Shown piece after piece: positions 1 to 10,456 of a stretch of DNA of 64,000 nucleotides; the stretch's first letter is position 1; each line of letters starts with the position of its first letter. The notes beneath the pieces are model-generated. The model did no database searches, was not told the origin of the DNA, and saw only the letters and a list, made by a program, of their open reading frames with translations. This DNA is from an uncultured Prevotella sp. (lineage in GTDB: Bacteria; Bacteroidota; Bacteroidia; Bacteroidales; Bacteroidaceae). A program made the position numbers and the translations under genes. The stretch covers positions 16,909 through 80,908 of the forward strand of contig CAJOGK010000035.1 in assembly GCA_905234145.1 (NCBI GenBank), given 5' to 3'.

Positions 1-31
1 GCATTTTTCGCCCCAAAACTTGTCGCAAATA

Positions 32-72
32 TAAAAAAACGACACCACATTGTGATGTCGCTTTTCTTTTTT
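32..72. terminator. Intrinsic (probably bidirectional) terminator hairpin
   Basis: CGACAcCACA-T-TGTGaTGTCG stem with an A-run on the 5' side and a T-run on the 3' side. Confidence 0.6.
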
Positions 73-90
73 CATCCTTCTTCCATGGGG

Positions 91-192
91 CTAGATACTC
101 ATGCAGCTAGTAGCACCCAGCGCTGTCAGAATAGCAGTCGCTACTGATGCAATAATCTGCACAATCTACTTTACGGTTTCTTTCTTAGTCAT
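91..192 (-). pseudogene. Smalltalk-family small membrane peptide with an in-frame TAG at codon 9
   Basis: Manual translation MTKKETVK*IVQIIASVATAILTALGATSCMSI*; the ...TALGATSC end is typical of Bacteroidales smalltalk proteins; -7 box TACTTTTGCA at 389-398 on the - strand. Confidence 0.7.
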
Positions 193-505
193 AAATATGC
201 CGTGATATTGCTACTATTCTGATATAAAATCGTTCTTAAACAATAGTTCGGAGCATAATTTAGGTACTCTTTCTAAGAGCGATGAGTTCGATTCTGTCAA
301 AACTCTAAATCACTCAGTTGTTCGAAAAGCCCCTCGATATGGAGAATTACGATGTCGTTTTCCTATGTAAAAGATTTTATTTATCGGGTGCAAAAGTAAA
401 CAAAATCTTTGGAAAATGCAAATATAATTAGGTTATTTTTGGAGGATTGCTCGATATTTCGTACATTTGCAGCATTAAAATGTGTTTATAACTATGTATA
501 GTAAG

Positions 506-1339
506 ATGAATCTACAACTACGAATGATGTCAGTGCTTTTTTGTGCTGCTTTTGCCTTGAAGGGCTTGTCGCAAACGGTTTTTATTCACCCCTGGCAGGG
601 TAAGCGCGTGGCTTATTTTGGCGACTCGATTACCGACCCGCGTAATAGTGGCTCGAAAATAAAATATTGGGGATTTCTGGCCGACTGGTTGGGTATCACG
701 CCATACGTTTACGGTGTGAGCGGTCGCCAGTGGAACGATATTCCACGACAGGCAGATAAGTGCTACGAGGAGCATGGCGACAGCATTGATGCCATTATAA
801 TTTTTATAGGTACCAACGATTACAATGCAGGTGTGCCCATTGGCGACTGGTTTAGCCAGAAACCTGAAAAGGTAGTAGCTGGTATACATGAGCAGAAGCA
901 TCCCGTAGACCGTTTGCATCGTTACCCGGTAATGACCGACAGTACGTATCGTGGACGTATCAACATCGCTCTTAACAAGGTGAAGCGTATGTATCCCACC
1001 AAACAGATCGTGCTGCTGACGCCTATTCACCGTGCGGGCTTTTATGCCAATGATAAGAACTGGCAGCCTACGGAGGACTATACCAATCAGTGTGGCGAAT
1101 ATGTGGATGCCTACGTAGAATCGGTAAAGCAGGCTGGCCAGATTTGGGCGCTGCCCGTGATTGACTGGAGGGCTATGAGCGGACTTTACCCCCTGATGGA
1201 TGAATACGCGCAGTACTTTAAGAGTGCTGAGAATGACCGCCTGCACCCCAATGATAAAGGGCACGAGCGATTGGCACGTACCCTTTATTATCAGTTGCTT
1301 ACACTGCCGTGCGTTTTTTCAGAAAACGTTCTTCGATAG
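506..1339 (+). CDS. SGNH/GDSL hydrolase, probable acetylxylan (carbohydrate) esterase with signal peptide
   Basis: FGDSIT (block I), GTND (block III), DRLHPN (block V DxxH); -7 box TACATTTGC at 462-470; exact start uncertain (482-527). Confidence 0.85.
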   Translation: MNLQLRMMSVLFCAAFALKGLSQTVFIHPWQGKRVAYFGDSITDPRNSGSKIKYWGFLADWLGITPYVYGVSGRQWNDIPRQADKCYEEHGDSIDAIIIFIGTNDYNAGVPIGDWFSQKPEKVVAGIHEQKHPVDRLHRYPVMTDSTYRGRINIALNKVKRMYPTKQIVLLTPIHRAGFYANDKNWQPTEDYTNQCGEYVDAYVESVKQAGQIWALPVIDWRAMSGLYPLMDEYAQYFKSAENDRLHPNDKGHERLARTLYYQLLTLPCVFSENVLR

Positions 1340-4300
1340 TCTGGAAGATGACGAAGAGTACGGGGACGATGAAGAGCAGGGCAATGGTACCGATCACCAT
1401 ACCACCGATTGTTCCTACACCGAGCGAATGATTGCCATTGGCACCTACACCAGTGGCGAGGGCTAACGGCAGCAGTCCGAATACCATGGTAAGCGACGTC
1501 ATGAGGATGGGGCGCAGTCGAACGGCGGCAGCATCGAGGGCTGCCTCGACGATACCCATGCCCTGACGACGGCGCGTAGAGGCATACTCGGTAAGCAGGA
1601 TGGCCGTCTTGGAGAGTAGTCCTATCAGCATGATAAGTCCCGTCTGCATGTAGATATTGTTTTCAAGGCCCCATATCCAGGCGAAGAGGAAAGAGCCTGC
1701 CAGTCCGAAGGGTACACTGAGGATGACTGCCAAGGGAATAAAGAGGCTTTCGTAGAGGGCACAGAGAATGAGATAGATAAACACGATGCAGATGATGAAG
1801 ACGATGGCCGTGGTATTTTGTGCCGAAGCTTCTTCGCGCGTCATGCCGCCAAACTCGTAGCCGTAGCCTTCGGGCAATACCTCGGCAGCTACCTCATGGA
1901 TGGCATTGATGGCCTGTCCGCTGCTATAGCCGTCGGCTGCTGTACCTCCCACCTGTATCGACGGGAACAGATTGAAGCGTGAAAGCGTCTCGGAACCGTA
2001 GATACGGGTCAGCGTGAGGTATTGGCCGATGGGTGACATCTCTCCCTGACTATTACGCACAAAGATATTGTTGAGCGATTCGGTGTCGAGTCGGTACTCG
2101 GGTGAGGCCTGTACCATGACGCGGTAGAGCTTGGTAAAGCGCACGAAGTTTGAAGCATAGATACCGCCTACATAGCCACTCAGGGCGGAGAGCACATCGG
2201 TTGGTGATACGCCGCGACGCTTACAGAGGGCGGCATCGACTTCTACACGGTACTGCGGGTACTTCATCGAGAAGTTGGTGTAGGCGCGACTAATCTCAGG
2301 ACGTTCGTTCAGGGCTGCGATGAGCTTGTTTGTATAGACGAGCAGGTCTTCGACAGTGCCACCGTGCTTGTCTTGTACGTGGAGTTCGAAGCCGTTGATA
2401 CGTCCGAATCCGGGTAGCATATTCTGGGTGTTCACCTGAATCTTGGCGTTGGCGATGTCGGCTGTGCGTCGATAGATTTCCTGCACGATGCTTTGGTCGT
2501 CATCGCCCTTGCCTTTTCGTTCGTTCCACTTCTTCAGCTTCAATGTAAAGTTGCCGTTCGACGATGACTGCTCCCAGTTGTTACTAGATCCGGCAATGAG
2601 CGAGTAGATACGTAGCTGTGGCAGGTCTTTGATACGTTCTTCTACCTCCTTCAGGATATGGTAGGTCTGTTGCAGGCTGCTGCCTGGCGATGCCTGTACG
2701 TTGATGAAGATGGTACCCATGTCCTCGTTGGGCACAAGACCTGTCTTCGTGGTGCGCATCATCCAGCCAAGGGCTACGATCGCAGCGACAACCAAGACGG
2801 CAGCAAGACGCTTACGGCCGATGATGCCAGTGACAGACCCCCTATATTTTGAATTGAGAATTGTGAACTGAGAATTGAAAAATGCCTGGAACTTGTTCAG
2901 CTTCGCATCGCGCATAATGATAGCCGAGAGGGCAGGAGAGAGCGTCAGGGCATTGAACAGAGAGATGGCAACGGCAATGGCCATGGTGAGTCCGAACTGG
3001 GTATAGAATGTACCTGTGACGCCACCGATAAAGCAGACGGGTACGAATACGGCCATAAACACCAGTGTGGTGGTGATAAGGGCTGAGGTGATATTGTGCA
3101 TCGCCTCTTCGGTCGTGCGACTCATGTCACTTCTATCTGATGTCGTATCCAGCTTCGCCTGTACGGCCTCGACTACTACGATGGCATCGTCGACCACAGT
3201 ACCGATCACCAGCACGAGGGCGAAGAGCGTGAGCATATTCAGTGAGAAGCCGATGGCATAGATAACTGCCAGCGTGGCAATGAGCGACACGATGATGGCG
3301 ATGGCGGGGATGATGGTGGCGCGCCAACTGCCTAGGAACAGCCACACTACCAAAATAACCAATATCAGTGCCTCGAACAGGGTCTCTACCACATTAGCGA
3401 TAGAGGCATCGAGGAAATCCTTTTTCGACTCAATATCCTCGATGACGATGCCTGGTGGCAGCGAGTGGCGTATCTCTTCTACTTCGGCATCGATCTGCTT
3501 GATAATCTCGTTGGCGTTGGAGCCTGCTATCTGGTTGATGCTGATGTTGATGCCAGGACTGCCGTTTGTTTCACCTATTATATTATAGTTCTGCGAGCCC
3601 AGTTCTACACGGGCAATATCACCGATACGCAGCACATTGCCATCGGGCAGCGAACGGATGACGAGGTTTTCATACTCTTGTTCCTCCTCGTAGCGGCCTC
3701 GGTATTTCAGTACGTACTGGAACGTGTTCTGACTCTCGGCACCCAACGTACCTGTTGCCACCTCGACGTTCTGTTCGTCGAGAATTTTTATCACGTCGGC
3801 TGGTGTCAGGCCATATTGTGCCATCTTCAGCGGGTCGAGCCAGATGCGCATGGAGTAGTCGGCTCCCATTACGTTTACTTCGCCCACACCAGGAATACGA
3901 CTCAGGCGGGGTTCGATATTGATTTTGGTGTAGTTGGCCAGGAACGAACGGTCGAAAGTGGAATCGGGACTGTAGACACCGATTTGCTTGATGTTTGAGG
4001 TCTGTCGCTTTCTGACTGTGAGTCCTCCCTTTACCACATCGCTTGGCAGGCGACCCTGTACGGTAGCAGTACGGTTCTGCACGTTTACCATCGCCATGTT
4101 GGGGTCGGTACCCTGACGGAAGAAGATACCTATCGAGGCTGAGCCGTTGTTGGATGCTGAAGAGGTCATATACATCATACCCTCTACGCCATTGATGGCC
4201 TCTTCAAGTGGTACGATGACGCTCTTCTGTACAGTCTCGGCATTGGCACCGGTATAGCTGGCCATCACACGGACAGTAGGCGGGGCAATCTCAGGGAACT

Positions 4301-4403
4301 GCTCCAGAGCCAGTCGACTCAGGCCGATGATACCTACGAGCATCATCAGTACAGAAATCACTCCTGCAAGAATAGGACGGTCAATGAAAGTTCTTACGTT
4401 CAT
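1299..4403 (-). CDS. RND efflux permease (AcrB/HAE1 family)
   Basis: 1034 aa; FIDRPI start, GTVVDDAIVVVE, RLRPILMTS motifs. Confidence 0.95.
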   Translation of the reverse strand: MNVRTFIDRPILAGVISVLMMLVGIIGLSRLALEQFPEIAPPTVRVMASYTGANAETVQKSVIVPLEEAINGVEGMMYMTSSASNNGSASIGIFFRQGTDPNMAMVNVQNRTATVQGRLPSDVVKGGLTVRKRQTSNIKQIGVYSPDSTFDRSFLANYTKINIEPRLSRIPGVGEVNVMGADYSMRIWLDPLKMAQYGLTPADVIKILDEQNVEVATGTLGAESQNTFQYVLKYRGRYEEEQEYENLVIRSLPDGNVLRIGDIARVELGSQNYNIIGETNGSPGINISINQIAGSNANEIIKQIDAEVEEIRHSLPPGIVIEDIESKKDFLDASIANVVETLFEALILVILVVWLFLGSWRATIIPAIAIIVSLIATLAVIYAIGFSLNMLTLFALVLVIGTVVDDAIVVVEAVQAKLDTTSDRSDMSRTTEEAMHNITSALITTTLVFMAVFVPVCFIGGVTGTFYTQFGLTMAIAVAISLFNALTLSPALSAIIMRDAKLNKFQAFFNSQFTILNSKYRGSVTGIIGRKRLAAVLVVAAIVALGWMMRTTKTGLVPNEDMGTIFINVQASPGSSLQQTYHILKEVEERIKDLPQLRIYSLIAGSSNNWEQSSSNGNFTLKLKKWNERKGKGDDDQSIVQEIYRRTADIANAKIQVNTQNMLPGFGRINGFELHVQDKHGGTVEDLLVYTNKLIAALNERPEISRAYTNFSMKYPQYRVEVDAALCKRRGVSPTDVLSALSGYVGGIYASNFVRFTKLYRVMVQASPEYRLDTESLNNIFVRNSQGEMSPIGQYLTLTRIYGSETLSRFNLFPSIQVGGTAADGYSSGQAINAIHEVAAEVLPEGYGYEFGGMTREEASAQNTTAIVFIICIVFIYLILCALYESLFIPLAVILSVPFGLAGSFLFAWIWGLENNIYMQTGLIMLIGLLSKTAILLTEYASTRRRQGMGIVEAALDAAAVRLRPILMTSLTMVFGLLPLALATGVGANGNHSLGVGTIGGMVIGTIALLFIVPVLFVIFQTIEERFLKKRTAV
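2851..2878. repeat. Heptamer tandem array inside the RND gene
   Basis: GAATTGA GAATTGT GAACTGA GAATTGA; encodes FNSQFTILNS. Confidence 0.75.
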
Positions 4404-4414
4404 CGTGGTCGTTT

Positions 4415-5521
4415 TTATTTTATTTCAATGCCTTCTTTCAGTAGTCCAGCGCCTTCGGCAATGATGGTATCACCCTGACTGATGCCCTGCTCAACGATAT
4501 ACTCCTTACCGTTGTGCTGGGGATACAGGGTGATGGCTGTAGCTTTTGTCTTGCCATTGACGATACGATAAACGAACATGCGGTTTTGCAGTTCGTAGGT
4601 GGCTTCCTGCGGAATCACAATGCAGTCGTTGCGGTGGGTAGGTACAACTACCGTCGCATTGCCGCCATTATGCAGCAGGTGGCTCTCGTTAGGGAATGTG
4701 GCACGCAGGGTGACAGCACCCGTTTGGGCATCGACGGTACCACTGACAGCACTGATGCTGCCTGACTGATCGTAAGCCTGTCCGTTGTTTAGTATCAGAT
4801 TAACGGCTGGTGCCTTTTCGATAAAGGTTTTAACTGAACCATATTGGCTGATGAGGTCGAGTACCTGATTCTCGCTGATGCTGAAATAAGCATACATTTC
4901 AGAATCATCGGCTACAGTAACCAACGGCTCGCTGATGTTGCTGCTTACGAGTGCGCCTACATGCCATGGAATCATAGATGCTACACCGCTGACGGGACTT
5001 TTCACCTCGGTATAGCTCAGATTATTGCGGGCGTTCACTTCCTGTGCCTTAGCCTGTGCCAGAGCTGCTTCGGCCTCTGACAGTGCATTGCGCATGGTTT
5101 GTACCGACACATCGCCTACCACTTGACTTTCCAGAAGTCGGCTCTCGTTTTCGTAGTTCATACGTGCCGTAGCCAGACGGGCCTCTGCGCTTTTACGGGC
5201 AGCGATAGCCACTTCGAGGGCTGCACGAAAAGGAACTTGGTCGATAATGAATAGCGTCTGTCCCTTATGAACCATTTCGCCCTCATTGATACAGATACGG
5301 GTGATATTGCCCGATACCTGTGGACGAATCTCTACGATCTGACGACCTGTAAGATGTGAACTGTAGTGTCGTTCTAGGGTTATGTTCTTTCGAGTTACCA
5401 CAAGGGTCTTATATGCTGCTGCATCGTGCGCAGCCTTACGCTTTTCCCCATTGCACGAAGTGAGCAATAGGAGTCCAAAAGTTGCTGTGAGAATAGTCTG
5501 AATTTTCTTTTTGTGTCTCAT
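4415..5521 (-). CDS. RND periplasmic adaptor (membrane fusion lipoprotein)
   Basis: LLLTSC lipobox, VEIRPQVSG, SYTEVKSPVSG, VDAQTGAV; adjacent to the permease. Confidence 0.93.
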   Translation of the reverse strand: MRHKKKIQTILTATFGLLLLTSCNGEKRKAAHDAAAYKTLVVTRKNITLERHYSSHLTGRQIVEIRPQVSGNITRICINEGEMVHKGQTLFIIDQVPFRAALEVAIAARKSAEARLATARMNYENESRLLESQVVGDVSVQTMRNALSEAEAALAQAKAQEVNARNNLSYTEVKSPVSGVASMIPWHVGALVSSNISEPLVTVADDSEMYAYFSISENQVLDLISQYGSVKTFIEKAPAVNLILNNGQAYDQSGSISAVSGTVDAQTGAVTLRATFPNESHLLHNGGNATVVVPTHRNDCIVIPQEATYELQNRMFVYRIVNGKTKATAITLYPQHNGKEYIVEQGISQGDTIIAEGAGLLKEGIEIK

Positions 5522-5534
5522 ACATGAAATGATA

Positions 5535-5563
5535 CACCCCGCCCACAGATGATGGGCAGGGTG
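5535..5563 (-). terminator. Hairpin downstream of the arabinofuranosidase gene
   Basis: CACCCcGCCCA..TGGGCaGGGTG stem; weak U-tract. Confidence 0.5.
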
Positions 5564-5572
5564 AGTATTTGT

Positions 5573-7162
5573 TTACTTAATCGTGAGAACGATGATGGAT
5601 TTTGCAGGAACCTTAAGGGTGAGGATGCCCTTCTTTAGTTTGGCATCTTTATATTCCTTAGGCGCTACTACATTCGGGCTATTGAAGTCGTTATAGTCGG
5701 CCACATTCTTAGAGGTAAGGATACGACCAGCTACCTGCTTGGCGGCAAAGCCCTGAATATCGAAATCGATGGTCTGATCCTTATCGAGGCTTACATTGGT
5801 AACAGCCAGTACGAGACTGCCATCTACCGTCTTAGCAGCAGAAGCTGAGAGCAGTGGGCATGGGCGCGTGGTGTTATCAGCAGTCTTGGCTTTCTCCTTG
5901 AAGTACTCCTTGCTGCACTGTATGGTTTCACTCTCAAGGTCGAGTGGGAGATAGGTGGCCTCCTGGAATGGGGTGTACATCTCGAAGACATGATAGGTAG
6001 GGGTAAGAACCATGTGGCCTGTGCCCTCCTGATCAGTGAGAATCATAGATTGAAGTACATTGACTATCTGAGCGATATTGGCCATCTTCACGCGATCGGT
6101 GTACTTGTGGAATACATTGAGCGAGAGGGCTGCAACGAAAGCATCGCGCAAGGCATTCTGCTGATACAGATGACCTGCGATGGTGCCGGGCTCTTCGTCC
6201 CACCATGTGCCCCACTCATCAACGAGCAGACCAATCTTGCCTTTGGGGTCTTTTTCATCCATGATAGCTTTGTGCTTCTTGATGACTTCCTCAATCTCCA
6301 AACACTTGCCAAGTGCCCAGTAATACTGGTCGTTATCGAAGTTGATGGCTGAGCCTTTAGGACCATCCCATCCCGTACATGTATAATAATGTAAGGAGAT
6401 ACCCTGCATGCGCCCACCGATCTTATCCATACAAACCTTAGTCCAGTCGTAATCGTAATCGCTGGCACCAGAAGCGATACGGTAGAGGTGGTTATCACCC
6501 TGATCGCGCAAGTAGGTGTTGAACTTACGGAACTCGTCGCTGTAGTATTCGGGCGACATGTTGCCACCACAGCCCCAAGCCTCGTTACCAATACCGAAGT
6601 ACTTTACATGCCAAGCTTTTTCGCGACCATTCTGTCGGCGCAGACGTGCCATCGGGGTATCGCCATCGCTCGTCATATACTCTACCCACTGGGCCATCTC
6701 CTTTACAGTACCAGAGCCGACATTACCACTGATATAGGGTTCGCAATCGAGCATCTCACAGAGGTTAAGGAACTCGTGAGTACCAAAAGAGTTATCCTCG
6801 ATGGTACCTCCCCAGTTGTTATTACGCAGAGAGGGGCGCTGACTCTTAGGGCCGATACCATCCATCCAGTGGTAATCGTCAGCAAAGCAGCCACCTGGCC
6901 AGCGGAGCACGGGTACCTTCAAGGCTTTCAGCGCTTCGAACACATCCTTACGATAACCGTTGATGTTAGGAATCTGCGAGTTTTCGCCTACCCAGAGACC
7001 ACCATAGATACAAGAGCCCAGGTGCTCAGAAAACTGTCCGTAGATCTCTTTGTTGATTTTGGCACCTGCCTTATCAGCGTGGATCGTGGCCTTCACATTG
7101 TCGGCAGCTGATGCTGAAACAGCAAAAGCCATCGAGAGAATTGCAATAAATATTTTCTTCAT
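5573..7162 (-). CDS. abf2: Alpha-L-arabinofuranosidase, GH51, secreted
   Basis: [24 protein letters not shown] (acid/base), VDEWG (nucleophile); signal peptide [10 protein letters not shown]. Confidence 0.93.
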   Translation of the reverse strand: MKKIFIAILSMAFAVSASAADNVKATIHADKAGAKINKEIYGQFSEHLGSCIYGGLWVGENSQIPNINGYRKDVFEALKALKVPVLRWPGGCFADDYHWMDGIGPKSQRPSLRNNNWGGTIEDNSFGTHEFLNLCEMLDCEPYISGNVGSGTVKEMAQWVEYMTSDGDTPMARLRRQNGREKAWHVKYFGIGNEAWGCGGNMSPEYYSDEFRKFNTYLRDQGDNHLYRIASGASDYDYDWTKVCMDKIGGRMQGISLHYYTCTGWDGPKGSAINFDNDQYYWALGKCLEIEEVIKKHKAIMDEKDPKGKIGLLVDEWGTWWDEEPGTIAGHLYQQNALRDAFVAALSLNVFHKYTDRVKMANIAQIVNVLQSMILTDQEGTGHMVLTPTYHVFEMYTPFQEATYLPLDLESETIQCSKEYFKEKAKTADNTTRPCPLLSASAAKTVDGSLVLAVTNVSLDKDQTIDFDIQGFAAKQVAGRILTSKNVADYNDFNSPNVVAPKEYKDAKLKKGILTLKVPAKSIIVLTIK

Positions 7163-7335
7163 TTTGATTAATGATTTGTGTGATATAGGGTACAAAGTTA
7201 CAGAAAAAATACAAAAGTTGCAAATTTTTGATAGTTGAAAAGCATTTTTTTCGATAAAAGTGATACATTTTAAAATTTATTTGTTATCTTTGCGGCAATA
7301 TAGCTATCGAATTTAAACTAAAAACTTAAAGGCTT

Positions 7336-8778
7336 ATGGTATTAATGTTTCTTCAGCTCCTCATTGTTCTTGGAGCGTTGTGGGTAGGTTCACGTTATGG
7401 TTCGCTTGCCCTTGGTGCTATTTCTGGTATCGGACTAGCGCTGCTGGTGTTTGGTTTTGGTATGAAACCTGGTTCTCCTCCAACGGATGTAATTTACATC
7501 ATCATCGCAGCCGTAACCTGTGCTGGTATCATGCAGGCTTCGGGTGGTATGGACTGGTTGATCCAGATTGCAGAGAAGTTGCTGAGAAAGCATCCAGACC
7601 GCATTACATTCCTGGCACCACTGACAACCTTCTTCCTGACAGTGCTTGTAGGTACTGGTCACGTGGTTTACACACTGATGCCTATCATCTGTGATATCGC
7701 CCTGAAGAAGGGTATTCGTCCGGAGCGTCCTTGCGGTGTGGCTTCTATCGCCTCGCAGGTAGGTATCACCTGTTCACCTATCGCTGCTGCCGTTGTGGCT
7801 TTCGTTTCTATCTCGAATGCCAATGGCTTCGACATTACCATTCCACGCGTGTTGATGGTATCTATTCCTGCTTGCGTTTGCGGTCTGCTCGCTGCTGCAG
7901 CTGCTTCTTATCGTCGTGGTCTTGACCTTGACAAGGATCCTGAGTTCCAGAGAAAGATAGCCGATCCCGTTCAGCGTGATTATATTTATGGTGGTGGTGC
8001 TACCACACTCGATAAAGAGATTCCACAGTCGGCAAAGAATGCCGTATTTATCTTCCTTGCTGCACTGGCTGTGATCGTATTGTTCGCTGCCCTGCCACAG
8101 CTGTTGCCTTCTTACACGACTGTGAAAGTGGTTAAGGGTGCTGGTGACGTGATGATTGTAGGCGGAACTAAGGTTTCTGCAGCTGCACTCGCAAAAGCTG
8201 GTGTTGTAGCGTCTGGCTTAACAGAGAAAGGTTCGATAGCCCTGAAGATGAACTTGGTTATCCAGATTGTGATGATTTCTGCTGCAGCATTGATGATTAT
8301 CTTCTGTAAGGCTCAGCCTAAGAAGGCTGTTGCTGGTCCGGTATGGCAGTCTGGTATGGTGGCTGTTGTAGCTATCTATGGTATCGCATGGCTTGCAGAC
8401 ACTTATTTCTCGAACTACATGGATGAAATGCAGGATATGCTGGCTGGTATTGTAAGAGAGTATCCTTGGAGTATTGCGTTTGTGTTCTTCTTGGTTTCTG
8501 TGCTTATCAACTCTCAGGGAGCTGTGGTGGTAGCCATGTTGCCATTAGCATATAATTTAGGTATCCCTGGTCCGGTTCTTCTGGGTGTGCTGCCTGCTGT
8601 TTATGGCTACTTCTTCATCCCGAACTATCCTTCGGATATCGCCACAGTGAACTTCGACCGATCGGGTACAACCGTGATCGGTAAGTATTTGCTGAACCAC
8701 TCATTCATGATGCCTGGTTTGATTTCGGTTACCGTATCAACCCTCGTGGCTTACGCGCTATCAACTATTTTCTTCTAA
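7336..8778 (+). CDS. dcuB: Anaerobic C4-dicarboxylate transporter (DcuA/DcuB family)
   Basis: IRPERP, ASQVGITCSP, DRSGTT..GKY..NHSF motifs; A versus B assignment uncertain. Confidence 0.88.
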   Translation: MVLMFLQLLIVLGALWVGSRYGSLALGAISGIGLALLVFGFGMKPGSPPTDVIYIIIAAVTCAGIMQASGGMDWLIQIAEKLLRKHPDRITFLAPLTTFFLTVLVGTGHVVYTLMPIICDIALKKGIRPERPCGVASIASQVGITCSPIAAAVVAFVSISNANGFDITIPRVLMVSIPACVCGLLAAAAASYRRGLDLDKDPEFQRKIADPVQRDYIYGGGATTLDKEIPQSAKNAVFIFLAALAVIVLFAALPQLLPSYTTVKVVKGAGDVMIVGGTKVSAAALAKAGVVASGLTEKGSIALKMNLVIQIVMISAAALMIIFCKAQPKKAVAGPVWQSGMVAVVAIYGIAWLADTYFSNYMDEMQDMLAGIVREYPWSIAFVFFLVSVLINSQGAVVVAMLPLAYNLGIPGPVLLGVLPAVYGYFFIPNYPSDIATVNFDRSGTTVIGKYLLNHSFMMPGLISVTVSTLVAYALSTIFF

Positions 8779-8797
8779 TAATAACTACTACTAAGAA

Positions 8798-8832
8798 GAA
8801 TCCCCAAGGCTCTTACGGGTCTTGGGGATTTG
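8798..8832. terminator. Bidirectional terminator between dcu and araB
   Basis: AATCCCCAAGG..TCTTGGGGATT hairpin between convergent genes. Confidence 0.7.
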
Positions 8833-8863
8833 ATTTATAGGGTTATCGACAGCGAATTACTTC

Positions 8864-10456
8864 TTATTTCTTATTGTCGACAGCAGCCTGCTCGATAGGC
8901 AAGCAGCGCTTGTAGTTTTCGATATACTTTTCGAAGCCTGCTACATCCTCGGCTGTAGGTGCGATGCTAACACCAGTGTTGCCTGCAAAGACAACCTGCT
9001 CGAGATAGTCGGCAAGACTGAGCTTGCTGGGGTTATTAACCACATAGCCAGCCAACAGGGCAATACCCCAGGCACCACCTTCGCCAGCAGTCTCCATCAC
9101 AGAGATAGGTGAGTTGAGGGCAGCAGCCAACATGCGCTGACCTACGCCAGGTGTCTTGAAGTAACCACCATGACCAGTGATGCGGTCTACACGAATCATC
9201 TCTTCTTTGAAAAGAATGTCGTTACCAATCTTCAGCACACCGATGGCACCATAGAGGTGAGCGCGCATAAAGTTGGCGAGGTTGAACTTATCGCCAGCGG
9301 TGCGAATAAACATGGGGCGACCCTCAGCAAGACCAGTTACAGGCTCGCCTGAAACATAATTGTAAGCCATCAGACCACCGCAATCGGCATCGCCCTCGAG
9401 TGCCTGATTGAAAAGCTTACCATAGAGCTCATTCATATCAACCTTTATACCAAGCAGTTGCTGATATTCCTTAAAGAGACCTACCCATGCGTTGATATCG
9501 CTGGTGCAGTTGTTGCAGTGAACCATCGCTACAAGTGAGCCATCAGGTGTGGTTACCATATCGATCATCTCGTAAGGTTTGCTCAGAGGCTTCTCCAATA
9601 CAATCATAGAGAATGAAGAGGTACCTGCGCTGACGTTACCAGTACGCTGCTTAACGGCATTGGTAGCCACCATACCTGTACCTGCATCACCTTCAGGAGG
9701 ACAAACGGGGATACCAGCTTTCAGATGTCCGCTAACGTCGAGTTTCTTAGCACCCTCTGGAGTCAGGAAGCCTGCATTCTCGCCTGCATTCAGGCTCTTT
9801 GGCAGAATGTCGAGCAACTTCCAAGAGAAGCCCTTTGGCGCGATAAGCTCATCGAACTTCTTTACCATTGTGGCATCGTAGGTCTTAGTGGCAGGATCAA
9901 CAGGAATCATACCTGAAGCATCGCCTACACCAAGCACGAACTGACCGGTAACCTGCCAGTGAACATAACCAGCGAGGGTAGTGAGGTACTTGATATCGCT
10001 CACGTGCTCCTCGTTGTCGAGGATGGCCTCATAGAGGTGAGAAATACTCCAACGGAGAGGAATGTTGTAGTTGAAGAGCTTGCTCAGCTCTGCTGCAGCC
10101 TTACCTGTATTGGTGTTACGCCAGGTGCGGAAAGGCACGAGGATCTCCTGATTCTCGTTGAATGCCATATAGCCGTGCATCATAGCACTGAAGCCAATGG
10201 CTGCCAACGACTCAATCTCGCAGTCGTACTGCTTCTGAACATCCTTGCGGAGCTCGGCATAGCAATCCTGCAAGCCATACCAGATGGCTTCGATAGAATA
10301 GGTCCAGAGACCGTCTACCAACTGATTTTCCCACTCGTGTGAACCCTGTGCGATGGGCTTATTTTCCTCGTCAATGAGGACTGCCTTGATGCGGGTAGAG
10401 CCAAACTCGATACCGAGAATGGCTTTACCTGCTTCTATAGTTTGCTTAGCATTCAT
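8864..10456 (-). CDS. araB: L-ribulokinase (FGGY family)
   Basis: LGIEFGSTRIKA, PPEGDAGTG, SAGTS; lies in the ara operon. Confidence 0.9.
   Translation of the reverse strand: MNAKQTIEAGKAILGIEFGSTRIKAVLIDEENKPIAQGSHEWENQLVDGLWTYSIEAIWYGLQDCYAELRKDVQKQYDCEIESLAAIGFSAMMHGYMAFNENQEILVPFRTWRNTNTGKAAAELSKLFNYNIPLRWSISHLYEAILDNEEHVSDIKYLTTLAGYVHWQVTGQFVLGVGDASGMIPVDPATKTYDATMVKKFDELIAPKGFSWKLLDILPKSLNAGENAGFLTPEGAKKLDVSGHLKAGIPVCPPEGDAGTGMVATNAVKQRTGNVSAGTSSFSMIVLEKPLSKPYEMIDMVTTPDGSLVAMVHCNNCTSDINAWVGLFKEYQQLLGIKVDMNELYGKLFNQALEGDADCGGLMAYNYVSGEPVTGLAEGRPMFIRTAGDKFNLANFMRAHLYGAIGVLKIGNDILFKEEMIRVDRITGHGGYFKTPGVGQRMLAAALNSPISVMETAGEGGAWGIALLAGYVVNNPSKLSLADYLEQVVFAGNTGVSIAPTAEDVAGFEKYIENYKRCLPIEQAAVDNKK

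Noticed and set aside
166-168. TAG reassignment (alternative genetic code)
   Set aside because: TAG ends full-length genes here (folC, hisB, lipid kinase) and no long gene has internal TAGs
291-366. Short - strand frame ENDIVILHIEGLFEQLSDLEF upstream of the smalltalk gene
   Set aside because: No in-frame start (preceded by TAG) and too short to support
3118-3142. SDRSDMS 9-mer-like repeat in the RND gene
   Set aside because: Only 2-3 degenerate units; could be chance
7256-7271. AAAAGTGATACATTTT as an operator between abf2 and dcu
   Set aside because: Symmetry is mostly the A/T flanks and it does not fit GTGT-N7-ACAC
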